A stretch of DNA of 64,000 nucleotides from an uncultured Clostridia bacterium (GTDB taxonomy: Bacteria > Acidobacteriota > Blastocatellia > UBA7656), in contig CAZTUB010000007.1 of assembly GCA_964615905.1 (NCBI GenBank), forward strand, positions 259,043 to 323,042, in the 5' to 3' direction. The position numbers and the translations under genes are program-made. The notes under the pieces are model-generated. The model saw only the letters and a list, made by a program, of their open reading frames with translations, was not told the DNA's origin and did not search any database. Shown here in pieces: positions 37,753-47,269 of this stretch; within the stretch, counting starts at the first letter, position 1; the number at the start of each line of letters is the position of its first letter.

Positions 37753-38916
37753 GTGGAAGTTCGGGTGGTTATGCGCAAGAAGCCTGCACAACAATCGACG
37801 GCGACAAATCGACGCGCCTTGTCATCGCCGCAAGGCCAAACGCCCGACCTTGAGCCGCGTCCTGTCTACCCGTTTACGGCGATTGTTGCGCAAGAAGAGT
37901 TGAAGCTTGCCCTGTTGCTCACGGTGATCGACCCGCACATCGGCGGCGTCATCATCATGGGTCACCGGGGCACGGGCAAATCGACCGCCGTTCGGGCGCT
38001 TGCAGACCTGCTGCCACGCGTCAAGAAGGTTAAGGGTTGCGCTTACAACTGCGATCCGTCGCTTGTAAAAGACCTTTGTCTGGATTGCAGGGCGCGCAGG
38101 GCAAGAGAAGAGAACTTGCCTGTTGAATCATCTACGATCCCTGTTGTCGATTTGCCGCTTGGTGCTACGGAAGACCGCGTGTGTGGAACGCTCGACATCG
38201 AGCGTGCGCTTTCAGGCGGCGTCAAGGCATTTGAGCCGGGGCTGCTCGCCCGCGCCAATCGGGGGTTCCTTTACATCGACGAAGTGAACCTGCTGGACGA
38301 CCACATTGTCGATCTTCTGCTCGATGCGGCGGCGAGCGGCTACAACATAGTCGAGCGCGAAGGAATCTCTATCCGCCACCCGTCGCGGTTCGTGCTTGTC
38401 GGGTCGGGAAACCCTGAAGAAGGCGAGCTGCGACCCCAGTTGCTCGACCGCTTTGGCCTCTTCACAGAGATCACGACCATCACAGACCTCGATCAGCGTG
38501 TCGAGATAGTCGAGCGCCGCGACAGGTTCGAGCGCGACGGCGAGGATTTCAGAGCAGAGACGCAGTCGGGGCAGGCTGCGCTCAGGCAAAAACTCGCGCG
38601 AGCAAAACGGTTGCTACCCGGCGTCGAGCTTCGACGGGATATGCTCCGGTCGATAGCCGGGTTGTGCGTAGCGCTTCAGATTGACGGTCATAGAGGCGAG
38701 CTGACCCTGGCCAGAGCAGCGCGCGCGCTTTGCGCATTTGAAGGCCGCAAGACAGTGGCGGTTGACGACATAAAAAGAGTCGCGGTGATGGCCCTGCGCC
38801 ATCGCTTGAGAAAGAACCCGCTCGACCGCACCGACTCCGGGTATATGATTCGACAGGCTCTTGACGAGCTGTTTCCGCAAACGGGTTCCGGCACCCGTAT
38901 ATCAATCGCCGGGTAG
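37753..38916 (+). CDS. chlI: Chelatase ATPase subunit I (ChlI/BchI-type AAA+)
   Basis: YPFTAIVAQEELKLALLLTVIDPHIGGVIIMGHRGTGKSTAVRALADLLP is near-identical to the ChlI N-terminal consensus; Walker B FLYIDEVNLL. The start could be the internal ATG at 37771. Confidence 0.9.
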   Translation: MEVRVVMRKKPAQQSTATNRRALSSPQGQTPDLEPRPVYPFTAIVAQEELKLALLLTVIDPHIGGVIIMGHRGTGKSTAVRALADLLPRVKKVKGCAYNCDPSLVKDLCLDCRARRAREENLPVESSTIPVVDLPLGATEDRVCGTLDIERALSGGVKAFEPGLLARANRGFLYIDEVNLLDDHIVDLLLDAAASGYNIVEREGISIRHPSRFVLVGSGNPEEGELRPQLLDRFGLFTEITTITDLDQRVEIVERRDRFERDGEDFRAETQSGQAALRQKLARAKRLLPGVELRRDMLRSIAGLCVALQIDGHRGELTLARAARALCAFEGRKTVAVDDIKRVAVMALRHRLRKNPLDRTDSGYMIRQALDELFPQTGSGTRISIAG

Positions 38917-38942
38917 CGACCAGGTCAATAAGGCAACGCGGG

Positions 38943-40820
38943 ATGATTCATTCACAAACAGACCAACCGGCTGTTGATCCGGCAGCCTTTCCATTCTCGG
39001 CCGTCACCGGTCACGAGCAGGCAAAGCACGCACTGCTGTTGCTTGCCGTAGAGCCTCGACTGCGCGGAGTGGTCATCTCTTCCGCGCACGGTTCGGCCAA
39101 GAGCGTGCTCGCGCGCGGGTTTGAATCTATTCTCCCAGGAAACAACGCACGCCCCTTTGTCGAGCTTCCCCTGAACGCGACTGAAGACAGCCTGCTCGGC
39201 TATCTGAATCTAGAAGCGACGCTGGCAACCGGTACGGCACAGTTGACGACGGGTCTGCTAACGCGAGCGCACGGCGGCATTCTTTATGCCGATGATCTTG
39301 GATTGCTGGAAGCGGGGCTTACAAACCATATTGCGGCCGCGCTCGATTCAAGAAGCGTGAAAATCGAGCGCGACGGCATAAGCGCGATGCATCCGGCAGA
39401 CTTTGTTCTGGTGGCGACCTGCGACTGCGAGCCGCGAGATGTCTCGCGGGGTTTGCTAGACCGCATCGGGTTGCGGATCGACGCGCAGCAAGTGAGCGAC
39501 CCCGGCGAGAGGGCCGAGATAATCGGGCTGGGGCTGCGGTTTCAAAGCGATCCCGGCTCGTTCTCACGCGAGTTCGCCGCCAGGGATGAAGAGACGAAGA
39601 CCGCTCTGTCGCGCGCCCGCGCCTTGCTGCCGATTGTATCGCTCGGCAGGACAGCCGCGCGCCATCTCGCAGAGGCTTCGATCCGGCTTGGGGTAGAGGG
39701 AAACCGCGCAGACATATTTGCCTGCCGCGCGGCGCGAGCGGGCGCAGCCCTGGCCGGTCGCCGCGAAGTCGCAGATGATGATCTCGTTACCGCTATCAAA
39801 TTTGTCCTGCTGCCTCGTGCGACCAGTCTCCTCGACGATGCGCTACAAGGCGACCTCGATTCACGCGATGAGAAGGAAGAAGCTCTGGAACCTTCCAGGG
39901 AGGATCAACCGCCGCCGCTTGAGACGACTGCGGGTGAGCTTATCCTCCGCGCCGCTGATTCGGCTATACGGCTCGATCTCGTAAACAAGCGCCTGCCCCG
40001 GACTCGATACCAGTCATCGGGGAGACGTGTGGCGTCGATCAACTCGGAGCGCGGTCGAGCGCGTCATGCGGTACATAAAATCAGTGAGTCGAAGCGCGTC
40101 GCGGTATGCGCAACGGTTCGCGCCGCTGCCCCTTACCAACGCCGTCGTAAAGACAACTCTCCTGCAAATTCGACCGGAACGCGGCTGCTGATCGAGCCGT
40201 CAGATTTGAGGTTTAAGAAGTTTAAGCAAAAGACGGGAGCCTTCTTTATCTTTGCCGTGGATGCGAGCGGCAGCATGGCCGTCAACCGAATGGCGCAGGC
40301 CAAGGGGGCCATGACGCGGCTCTTGCAAGAAGCCTACCTGCACCGCGACAAAGTTGCGTTAATCTCTTTTCGAGGGAGCCGGGCCGAGGTGTTGCTTCAG
40401 CCCACGCGGAGCGTAGAGCTGGCAAAGCGGCTGGTTGACGCGATACCTTCCGGCGGCGCTACCCCTGTCGCAGCGGCTTTGATAAAAGCGCTGGAGCTTA
40501 CGCGTATTGCGCGGGCGCGCGGCTGCGGTCGAGCTACGCTACTTTTGTTCACTGACGGCCGGGCAAACGTAGCTTTGACCGCGAGCGAGGACCGTGAGGC
40601 GACCAGCGGGCCGCCCGGCATACGGCAGGAGTTGGAGAAGCTAGGTCAGGCGCTTCAAGCTTCAGAGATCGACGCGGTTGTAATAGACACGAAATCGAAG
40701 TTCATATCAAACGGCGAGGGGAGCGAGCTTGCCCGACTGCTTGGCGGGCGCTACCTTTATCTGCCGCGAGCAAGCTCGGATGATATTTACAGGGCCGTCA
40801 AAGATGTCAGAGTCAGGTAA
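38943..40820 (+). CDS. chlD: Chelatase subunit D (ChlD/BchD-type: degenerate AAA+ N-domain, acidic linker, C-terminal VWA domain)
   Basis: An N-terminal ChlI-like region without an intact P-loop, a Pro/acidic linker (EKEEALEPSREDQPPP), and a C-terminal VWA/MIDAS (FIFAVDASGSMA). Confidence 0.85.
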   Translation: MIHSQTDQPAVDPAAFPFSAVTGHEQAKHALLLLAVEPRLRGVVISSAHGSAKSVLARGFESILPGNNARPFVELPLNATEDSLLGYLNLEATLATGTAQLTTGLLTRAHGGILYADDLGLLEAGLTNHIAAALDSRSVKIERDGISAMHPADFVLVATCDCEPRDVSRGLLDRIGLRIDAQQVSDPGERAEIIGLGLRFQSDPGSFSREFAARDEETKTALSRARALLPIVSLGRTAARHLAEASIRLGVEGNRADIFACRAARAGAALAGRREVADDDLVTAIKFVLLPRATSLLDDALQGDLDSRDEKEEALEPSREDQPPPLETTAGELILRAADSAIRLDLVNKRLPRTRYQSSGRRVASINSERGRARHAVHKISESKRVAVCATVRAAAPYQRRRKDNSPANSTGTRLLIEPSDLRFKKFKQKTGAFFIFAVDASGSMAVNRMAQAKGAMTRLLQEAYLHRDKVALISFRGSRAEVLLQPTRSVELAKRLVDAIPSGGATPVAAALIKALELTRIARARGCGRATLLLFTDGRANVALTASEDREATSGPPGIRQELEKLGQALQASEIDAVVIDTKSKFISNGEGSELARLLGGRYLYLPRASSDDIYRAVKDVRVR

Positions 40821-40827
40821 CGAATTG

Positions 40828-42579
40828 ATGAGTGATCGAGAGAACAGCGAAGACAGAGACAGGCGCGTGCTTGAGCTTTACGACCGTATTCTGGAGATCG
40901 AGCAAAGGCTTATTCCAACGGGGCTTCACGTCTTTGGGCGCGCTCCGGGAGCGGGCGAAGCAGGCGACCTGCTCAGGATGGTAGCGTCGTTTGACAGGCC
41001 TGAGCTTGGCTTGCGCGCGCTCACGGATGTCGTTGCCGAAGGATTGGGGCTTGCCGCCTACGCCACATTGTTAAACGAGAGCGGCACGTCTCAACGTAGC
41101 TTGGAGGATCGAGAGAAGGTCGATTCCATAGTCTCTGAAGTCATCTCGGATTTTCTCCGGGCCGATGAAGCGTCAGCAGTCGAGACTGCCGTCAATTCTC
41201 TCAAGGCTCGTGTGCCAGCGGGAGAGGAGCAGACGCGGAAGTTGTTTCAATTCCTTCTCAGCATCAGAAGAGAACTGGGTGAAAACTCTGAAATCGCAGG
41301 GCTCATGAAAGCGCTGGCCGGGAGATACATCGAGCCAGGGCCGGGTGCCGATATAGTTCAAAACCCCGCTATCTTGCCGACGGGTCGGAACACGCACGCT
41401 GTGAACCCATATAGCGTGCCGTCGCCTGCCGCTGTCAGGCGCGCTGAGCCTGTGGCCGCCGCCCTGCTCAGCCGCCAGCAGGCCGAATCTGGCCGTTATC
41501 CTCAATCAATCGCGATGGTGCTGTGGGGCATCGACAATATCAAGACCGAAGGCGAAGCGGTTGCGCAGGCGCTATGGCTGCTTGGCGTCACGCCGCGCAG
41601 GGATTCGCTCAACCGCGTGACCGATGTAGAGGTAGTTCCGCTCGACAGGCTTGGCCGCCCGCGCATAGATGTCGTGATGACGGTGTCGGGCATATTCCGC
41701 GATCTGTTCGGGGCGACTATGGCCGTGCTCGACAGCGCTGTGCGGCGTGTCGCCGCGCTTGACGAGCCCGATGAGTTGAACTACGTCCGAAAGCACGTCC
41801 GCGCTCAGATGATGGAAACGGGCGAGCCGTTTGATGAAGCTGCTGTTCGCGTCTTCTCGAACGCGGCTGGAAATTACGGCACTAACGTAAATTTCATGGT
41901 GCTTGAAAGCCAGTGGGAAGACAGCGCGGAGCTTGGCGATCTTTTCCTGACCCGAAAATGTTTTGCATACGGAAGGGACTCGCGGGGGATGAGTTTTGAC
42001 GGGCGCGAGTCAAAGCGACTGCTCGAACGCGCGCTAGAGAGGGTCGAGATAACATACCAGAATATAGACACGGCGGAAGTCGGCATCACGGATGTCGATC
42101 ACTACTTTGAATATCTAGGCGGCGTTTCGAGAGCGGTCGAGTCTAAGCGAGGCGTGCGACCAAAGATTTACCTCTCCGATTCGCTCGCTCCGGCGGCGCG
42201 TGTTCGCACTCTTGAAGAGACGGTCGCGCTTGAGACTCGCACAAAGGTGTTAAACCCAAAATGGCACGAGGGCATGTTAAAGCACGGGTTCAGCGGCGTG
42301 GCCGAGATCGAGCATCAGGTGACCAACACGTTCGGCTGGTCGGCCACGGCCGATGCGGTTGACGACTGGGTCTACACAGAAGTTGCCGAGACGTTCGTGC
42401 TCGACGAAGCGATGCTGGCGAGACTCACCTCGCTCAACCCGTACTCGGCCCGAACGATGGTCGGGCGGCTTCTTGAAGCAAATGGTCGGGGCTACTGGGA
42501 CGCCGCGCCAGAGGTTATCGAGCGGCTTCAGGAGGCATTCACAGGCCTCGAAGATCAACTCGAAGGGGTCACGCGTTGA
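40828..42579 (+). CDS. CobN/BchH-type chelatase large subunit, C-terminal half only
   Basis: Carries CobN C-terminal signatures (GLHVFGRAPG, ILPTGRNTHAVNPY and the conserved tail). A start at 40804 or 40828 is possible. It is encoded upstream of the N-terminal half. Confidence 0.7.
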   Translation: MSDRENSEDRDRRVLELYDRILEIEQRLIPTGLHVFGRAPGAGEAGDLLRMVASFDRPELGLRALTDVVAEGLGLAAYATLLNESGTSQRSLEDREKVDSIVSEVISDFLRADEASAVETAVNSLKARVPAGEEQTRKLFQFLLSIRRELGENSEIAGLMKALAGRYIEPGPGADIVQNPAILPTGRNTHAVNPYSVPSPAAVRRAEPVAAALLSRQQAESGRYPQSIAMVLWGIDNIKTEGEAVAQALWLLGVTPRRDSLNRVTDVEVVPLDRLGRPRIDVVMTVSGIFRDLFGATMAVLDSAVRRVAALDEPDELNYVRKHVRAQMMETGEPFDEAAVRVFSNAAGNYGTNVNFMVLESQWEDSAELGDLFLTRKCFAYGRDSRGMSFDGRESKRLLERALERVEITYQNIDTAEVGITDVDHYFEYLGGVSRAVESKRGVRPKIYLSDSLAPAARVRTLEETVALETRTKVLNPKWHEGMLKHGFSGVAEIEHQVTNTFGWSATADAVDDWVYTEVAETFVLDEAMLARLTSLNPYSARTMVGRLLEANGRGYWDAAPEVIERLQEAFTGLEDQLEGVTR

Positions 42580-44720
42580 AGATCACAGTCTTTTATGTCG
42601 GGTCCAGTCTCCTTGCGCCGCTCAAGAAAGCCGAGGCCGAGATCAACCGGCTTTACGGTCTGGAACTAAGCCTCGCAACACACAACTGCGGCGCTCCGTT
42701 TTCAGAGGACGCATGGGCCCAGGCCGAGCGCGACATAAAAGAATCAGACCTCGCCTTCATTATCCACGTCACGGAAGATGCGAACGCCGAGCGCATCAAA
42801 CAGGCCCTGGATAGAAGACCGGACAATCTGCGCGCGGTCATCGCGTTTAACTGCATGCCGGCGCTTATGCGCTGCACGAGGATGGGCAAGCTTGAATTCG
42901 CAAGCTTGATGAAGCGAGAGCCGGGGGCGAAACGCGACGCCGAAGCGTCGAGCCGCAACCTTCTGCATAAGCTCTCGTCGTGGATGCAGGACAGCTTCAA
43001 GCGCAACTCTGCCGGAAGTCTTGACGAGCCCGGCGATAATAGACAGAAGACGAACCACGGGCAATACATAAAGCTGATAAACCGGCTGCCGCGCGTGTTG
43101 AAATTCGTGCCCGCGACCGGGAGGCTTGCGGACATCAAGCATTATCTCAACCTATTTTGTTACTTTTTGCAGCCCACGCCCGGCAACATTCGCTCGATGT
43201 TGCTTTACGCGATAAAACATTATTCGACTGACCGGAAAAGAGCGATTAAGGTTGCCCCGCTTGAGGCGATGCCCGCCGTGGGCATATATCACCCGGACGC
43301 GGCGGGCATATTCGAGACATTCGACTCGTACGCCCGTTGGCACAGGCAAAGCGGGAGGGCTGATCTGGAGCCGGATTCAACCATAGGGCTTCTTTTGATG
43401 CGCCCGCAGATCATAAGCGACGCGAAACAGCATTATGACGGTTTGATTCGCTCGATTGAACGCGAAGGGCTCGCGGTCATCCCGGCGATCTCGACCTTCA
43501 TGGATAACCGGGAAGCGTCCGGCGCATTCTTCGTAGCGGAAAGCGGGACGCCGCGCGTCAGCCAGATCGTCTCGTTGACAGGGTTCAGCTTTGTCGGCGG
43601 CCCTGCGATGAATGACAGCCGCGCGGCGGTCGAGTTCTTTAGCAATCTGGGCGTGCCTTTTCGCTCGATGGTCTCGCTCGACTTTCAAACGATTGATCAC
43701 TGGCAAACGAGCAAGCTTGGACTCAACCCTATACAAGCGGCGATGCAGGTGGCGATTCCTGAGATAGACGGAGCCACCGAGCCTTTTATCTTTGGCGGGC
43801 TCAGGCAGGGAAGCGAGCAGCCAGAGCCTCTAGAAGACCGTTGCCGAAAGATCGCGCGCCGCCTCGCCCGCTGGAATCATCTCAGCCGGTCCGAGCGCGC
43901 AGATGTGCGGCTGGCGTTTCTAGTGTTCTGTTTCCCGCCCAACAAAGGAAACATCGGCACGGCGGCAGACCTCGATGTCTTCCCAAGCCTCCTGGAGATT
44001 CTTCGCCAGCTTGAAAGCGAAGGGTACAAGGTAGCAGTCCCCGAAAGCGCCGACGATTTGCGCGAGATGCTGTTGGGCGGGAACTCCGACGAGTCAGGCT
44101 CTATCGCAAATGTCGCATACAGGTTGAGCGTCGATCAGTACCGCGCGCTTTGCCCCTACGTCGCCGAGATCGAGCGCGAGTGGGGTCGCGCCCCTGGCCT
44201 TATTAATTCTGACGGCACCGAGATTCTGATACACGGCATCGAGCTTGGAAACGTCTTTGTCGGGGTGCAGCCGACTTTCGGATACGAAGGCGATCCGATG
44301 CGAATGCTGGCCGCGGAGAGCGGCGCGCCGCATCACGGGTTTATTGGGCTATACACATACATCGAGAAGATCTTTAGCGCGGACGCGGTCATCCACGTCG
44401 GCACGCACGGGTCGCTTGAGTTCATGCCGGGCAAGCAGGTCGGCCTGTCATCACGCTGCTGGCCGGATAGGCTGATCGGGGAGCTGCCGAATATCTATAT
44501 CTACAGCGTAAACAATCCCTCGGAAGGAACTATTGCGCGGCGCAGGTCTTATGCCGAGCTTGTGTCGTACCTGACCCCTCCGATTCAAAATGCGGGGCTC
44601 TATAAAGAGCTCGCGGTGATGAAGGAGCTTTTAAGCGCCTATCGCCAGGCTGCGGGCCAGAGTGAGCGCCAGAGGTTATACGAGGCGATTGAAGAGAAGG
44701 CGCGCGCGTTGAATCTTTGA
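42576..44720 (+). CDS. CobN/BchH-type chelatase large subunit, N-terminal half only
   Basis: Carries the CobN N-terminal/middle signatures through VIHVGTHGSLEFMPGKQ...LPNIYIYSVNNPSEG. Its C-terminal residues (...RLYEAIEEKARALNL) would join the start of the upstream ORF in a normal CobN. TTG start overlapping the upstream stop (TTGA). Confidence 0.7.
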   Translation: MKITVFYVGSSLLAPLKKAEAEINRLYGLELSLATHNCGAPFSEDAWAQAERDIKESDLAFIIHVTEDANAERIKQALDRRPDNLRAVIAFNCMPALMRCTRMGKLEFASLMKREPGAKRDAEASSRNLLHKLSSWMQDSFKRNSAGSLDEPGDNRQKTNHGQYIKLINRLPRVLKFVPATGRLADIKHYLNLFCYFLQPTPGNIRSMLLYAIKHYSTDRKRAIKVAPLEAMPAVGIYHPDAAGIFETFDSYARWHRQSGRADLEPDSTIGLLLMRPQIISDAKQHYDGLIRSIEREGLAVIPAISTFMDNREASGAFFVAESGTPRVSQIVSLTGFSFVGGPAMNDSRAAVEFFSNLGVPFRSMVSLDFQTIDHWQTSKLGLNPIQAAMQVAIPEIDGATEPFIFGGLRQGSEQPEPLEDRCRKIARRLARWNHLSRSERADVRLAFLVFCFPPNKGNIGTAADLDVFPSLLEILRQLESEGYKVAVPESADDLREMLLGGNSDESGSIANVAYRLSVDQYRALCPYVAEIEREWGRAPGLINSDGTEILIHGIELGNVFVGVQPTFGYEGDPMRMLAAESGAPHHGFIGLYTYIEKIFSADAVIHVGTHGSLEFMPGKQVGLSSRCWPDRLIGELPNIYIYSVNNPSEGTIARRRSYAELVSYLTPPIQNAGLYKELAVMKELLSAYRQAAGQSERQRLYEAIEEKARALNL

Positions 44721-44908
44721 TGAAAAGCCTGGGCGATATTCTTATAACCATACTGGTGATCGGCGCTGTCTTGATCGTGCCTTTCATCTTGACAAATATT
44801 TTTACTCGCGCAATGTATAACAGGTGCACACGGTGCGGCGCGTTAAACGCAAAGCGCCGATCCAGCTGCAGGCTTTGTGAAGAGGACATAGCGCCGAGAG
44901 TCGAGTGA
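44717..44908 (+). CDS. Small membrane protein with a C-terminal CxxC...CxxC zinc ribbon, translationally coupled to the chelatase ORF
   Basis: ATGA start/stop overlap with the upstream gene; one TM helix plus CTRCG...CRLCE. Confidence 0.4.
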   Translation: MMKSLGDILITILVIGAVLIVPFILTNIFTRAMYNRCTRCGALNAKRRSSCRLCEEDIAPRVE

Positions 44909-45031
44909 AGGGCAATCGCACAACCGGCTGTTGAAAGCGTGCATCCCGGCTCAGGCATCAGTCCTCGGTCCTGATCGCTTACAAAAGGTTTCCCCACTAG
45001 AACCAAATCTCCAATCCGTCAGGAGGCACTC

Positions 45032-46576
45032 ATGCTTTTTAAGACGCTGAGCGCGGCTGTCTACGGGATAGACGCGCACGTGATCGAGGTCGAGATAGAC
45101 TTAACGCCGAAGTCAGGCGACGGGATGGCCTCTTCGTTCACCATGGTGGGGCTCCCCGACGCGGCTGTGCGTGAGAGCCGCGAGCGGATTCGCGCATCGA
45201 TAAACAACTGCGGCTTCTTCTTTCCCGTACATCGCGTGACGGTTAACCTCGCACCCGCCGATGTCAAGAAGGAAGGTTCAAGCTTTGACCTCCCCATTGC
45301 CGTAGGCATACTCGGCGCGAACGGGGACCTCAGGCGAGAAGAGCTGAACGACGCGATGATCGTCGGTGAGCTGTCGCTCGACGGTCGCGTGCGGCCTGTG
45401 AAAGGGGCGTTGCCCATCGCGGTGGCAGCAAGGGAGGGCGGTGTAAAGCGGCTGATCGTGCCGGAAGAGAACGCGGGCGAGGCCGCCGTCGTAAGCGGGT
45501 TGATGGTCTACCCAGTGACATCATTAAAGGCGGTTGTGGAGTTGATAAACAGCCAGAACCCGCCGTCTCCGCTGAGGATAGACACCGACTCGCTGCTCGG
45601 CAACCTGAGCCATTACCCGGTAGATTTCCACGAGGTGCGAGGGCAGTTACACGCAAAGCGCGCGTTGGAAGTAGCGACAAGCGGAGGCCACAACATCCTC
45701 GCGATTGGCCCGCCCGGATCGGGAAAGACGATGCTGGCCAGGAGGCTGCCTACGATCCTACCGCCTCTCGAATTCGAGGAGGCCATCGAGTGCACAAAGA
45801 TTCACTCGGTCGCGGGGCTGACTGAAAAACGTGGGCTTGTCTCTACGCGCCCGTTTCGCTCGCCACACCACACCATCTCAGATGCGGGGCTAATCGGCGG
45901 CGGCAGCGTCCCAAGGCCCGGCGAGGTGTCGCTTGCTCACAACGGAGTGCTGTTTCTTGACGAGCTACCTGAGTTCGAGCGCAACGTGCTTGAGGTCTTG
46001 CGCCAGCCGCTCGAAGACGGGTCTGTGACGATAAGCCGCGCTTCGATGTCGCTTACATTTCCGTCGAGATTCATGCTAGCGGCAGCTATGAATCCATGCC
46101 CCTGCGGCCATTTCAATGACCCTACCCGCGAGTGCAAGTGCTCGCCCATGCAGATTCAGCGATACGTGTCGAAAATCTCAGGCCCGCTGCTTGACCGCAT
46201 AGACATTCACATAGACGTGCCAGCGGTGAAGTTCAAAGAGTTATCGAACGAAACGGCTGTTGAGTCTTCTGCCGAGATTCGCGAGCGGGTGGTTCGAGCG
46301 CGACAGATACAGAGAGAGAGGTTTAAAGGCGAAATGCTTTATTGCAACGCTCAGATGATGCCTCGTCTAATCAGGAAGCATTGCGTGATAGACTCTTCGT
46401 CCAAGTCGCTTTTGGAGACGGCCATAAACAGGCTTGGGCTTTCAGCCAGGGCTTACGACAGGATTCTGAAAGTCAGTCGAACGCTTGCGGACCTCGAAGG
46501 CTCGGACTCTGTAAAGCAGTCGCACCTGAGCGAAGCAATTCAATACCGGACCCTGGACAGGAATTTCTGGGTCTGA
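45032..46576 (+). CDS. YifB/ComM-family Mg-chelatase-related AAA+ ATPase
   Basis: N-terminal Lon-protease-like domain; the AAA+ core ([19 protein letters not shown]); the C-terminal ChlI-like region; ~510 aa, typical of the family. Confidence 0.9.
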   Translation: MLFKTLSAAVYGIDAHVIEVEIDLTPKSGDGMASSFTMVGLPDAAVRESRERIRASINNCGFFFPVHRVTVNLAPADVKKEGSSFDLPIAVGILGANGDLRREELNDAMIVGELSLDGRVRPVKGALPIAVAAREGGVKRLIVPEENAGEAAVVSGLMVYPVTSLKAVVELINSQNPPSPLRIDTDSLLGNLSHYPVDFHEVRGQLHAKRALEVATSGGHNILAIGPPGSGKTMLARRLPTILPPLEFEEAIECTKIHSVAGLTEKRGLVSTRPFRSPHHTISDAGLIGGGSVPRPGEVSLAHNGVLFLDELPEFERNVLEVLRQPLEDGSVTISRASMSLTFPSRFMLAAAMNPCPCGHFNDPTRECKCSPMQIQRYVSKISGPLLDRIDIHIDVPAVKFKELSNETAVESSAEIRERVVRARQIQRERFKGEMLYCNAQMMPRLIRKHCVIDSSSKSLLETAINRLGLSARAYDRILKVSRTLADLEGSDSVKQSHLSEAIQYRTLDRNFWV

Positions 46577-46606
46577 GTTTGCGGGACTAGGCGAGGACGC
46601 TTGCAG

Positions 46607-46855
46607 CTAGTCTTCAACCCAGTGGCGCGCAGGGAGCGAGAGCACCGGGTAGCGGTTACGGAGTCGTTCGACCTCGCTCGCGTAATCGCTCTTTGCGATC
46701 AGCCCTGCGCGGAATCTGTCGCGGAGCGAGCGAATCTCAATCAGATAAAGGTCGTTTACAAATTCGCGGACAAGCTCAACGGGCGTTTCGGCTGTAGGTC
46801 TTACGCCGTGCCGCGCAAGCTCTGCAAGAACTGACTGCCTGTATTTGATCGCCAC
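46607..46855 (-). CDS. Small hypothetical protein (82 aa)
   Basis: Compact ORF 14 nt downstream of another 82-aa ORF on the same strand; mostly helical with no recognised motif. Confidence 0.35.
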   Translation of the reverse strand: MAIKYRQSVLAELARHGVRPTAETPVELVREFVNDLYLIEIRSLRDRFRAGLIAKSDYASEVERLRNRYPVLSLPARHWVED

Positions 46856-46869
46856 CGTAGCGTCTCAGC

Positions 46870-47118
46870 CTAGCCTATAGGCATGAGCGGAAGCTGCTTT
46901 AGCGACTCTTTGATCGCATTGTCGGCTCTTGTCGACGGGTCCGCCTCAAGGTCGTGGGCCAGTAGCGAGATGGTAGTCTTGCGCAGCCCCTTGATGACCG
47001 TTACGAAAAGGCGACCGCTCGCCTCGTCATACATTGTGCCTGAGACAATCGTATCGGGGTCGATCTTTCTGATCTTGGATTCAACTTGTCGGCCCAGCTT
47101 CTTTCCGTTCGCAGCCAT
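46870..47118 (-). CDS. Small hypothetical protein (82 aa), possibly DUF2283-like
   Basis: The ATG at 47118 has a GGAGGA RBS. The MYDEASGRLFVTV segment resembles the DUF2283 'YD.E.D.LYI' core. Confidence 0.4.
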   Translation of the reverse strand: MAANGKKLGRQVESKIRKIDPDTIVSGTMYDEASGRLFVTVIKGLRKTTISLLAHDLEADPSTRADNAIKESLKQLPLMPIG

Positions 47119-47177
47119 CTTTCCTCCACCAGTAGGTTTTAAGAGAGAGTAATCGTTCCTGGATGGCCGCACAAGGG

Positions 47178-47205
47178 TTGACTGGAAATGTTGATAGGAT
47201 ACAAT
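47178..47205 (+). promoter_or_regulatory. Sigma70-type promoter for dprA-topA
   Basis: TTGACT (47178-47183), 16-nt spacer, TACAAT (47200-47205). Confidence 0.5.
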
Positions 47206-47269
47206 CGCTTCCCCAGGTCCCAAACCACCTGCCCGCTCTCCGGCAGAACCGACTTAACTCAGAGGACAA

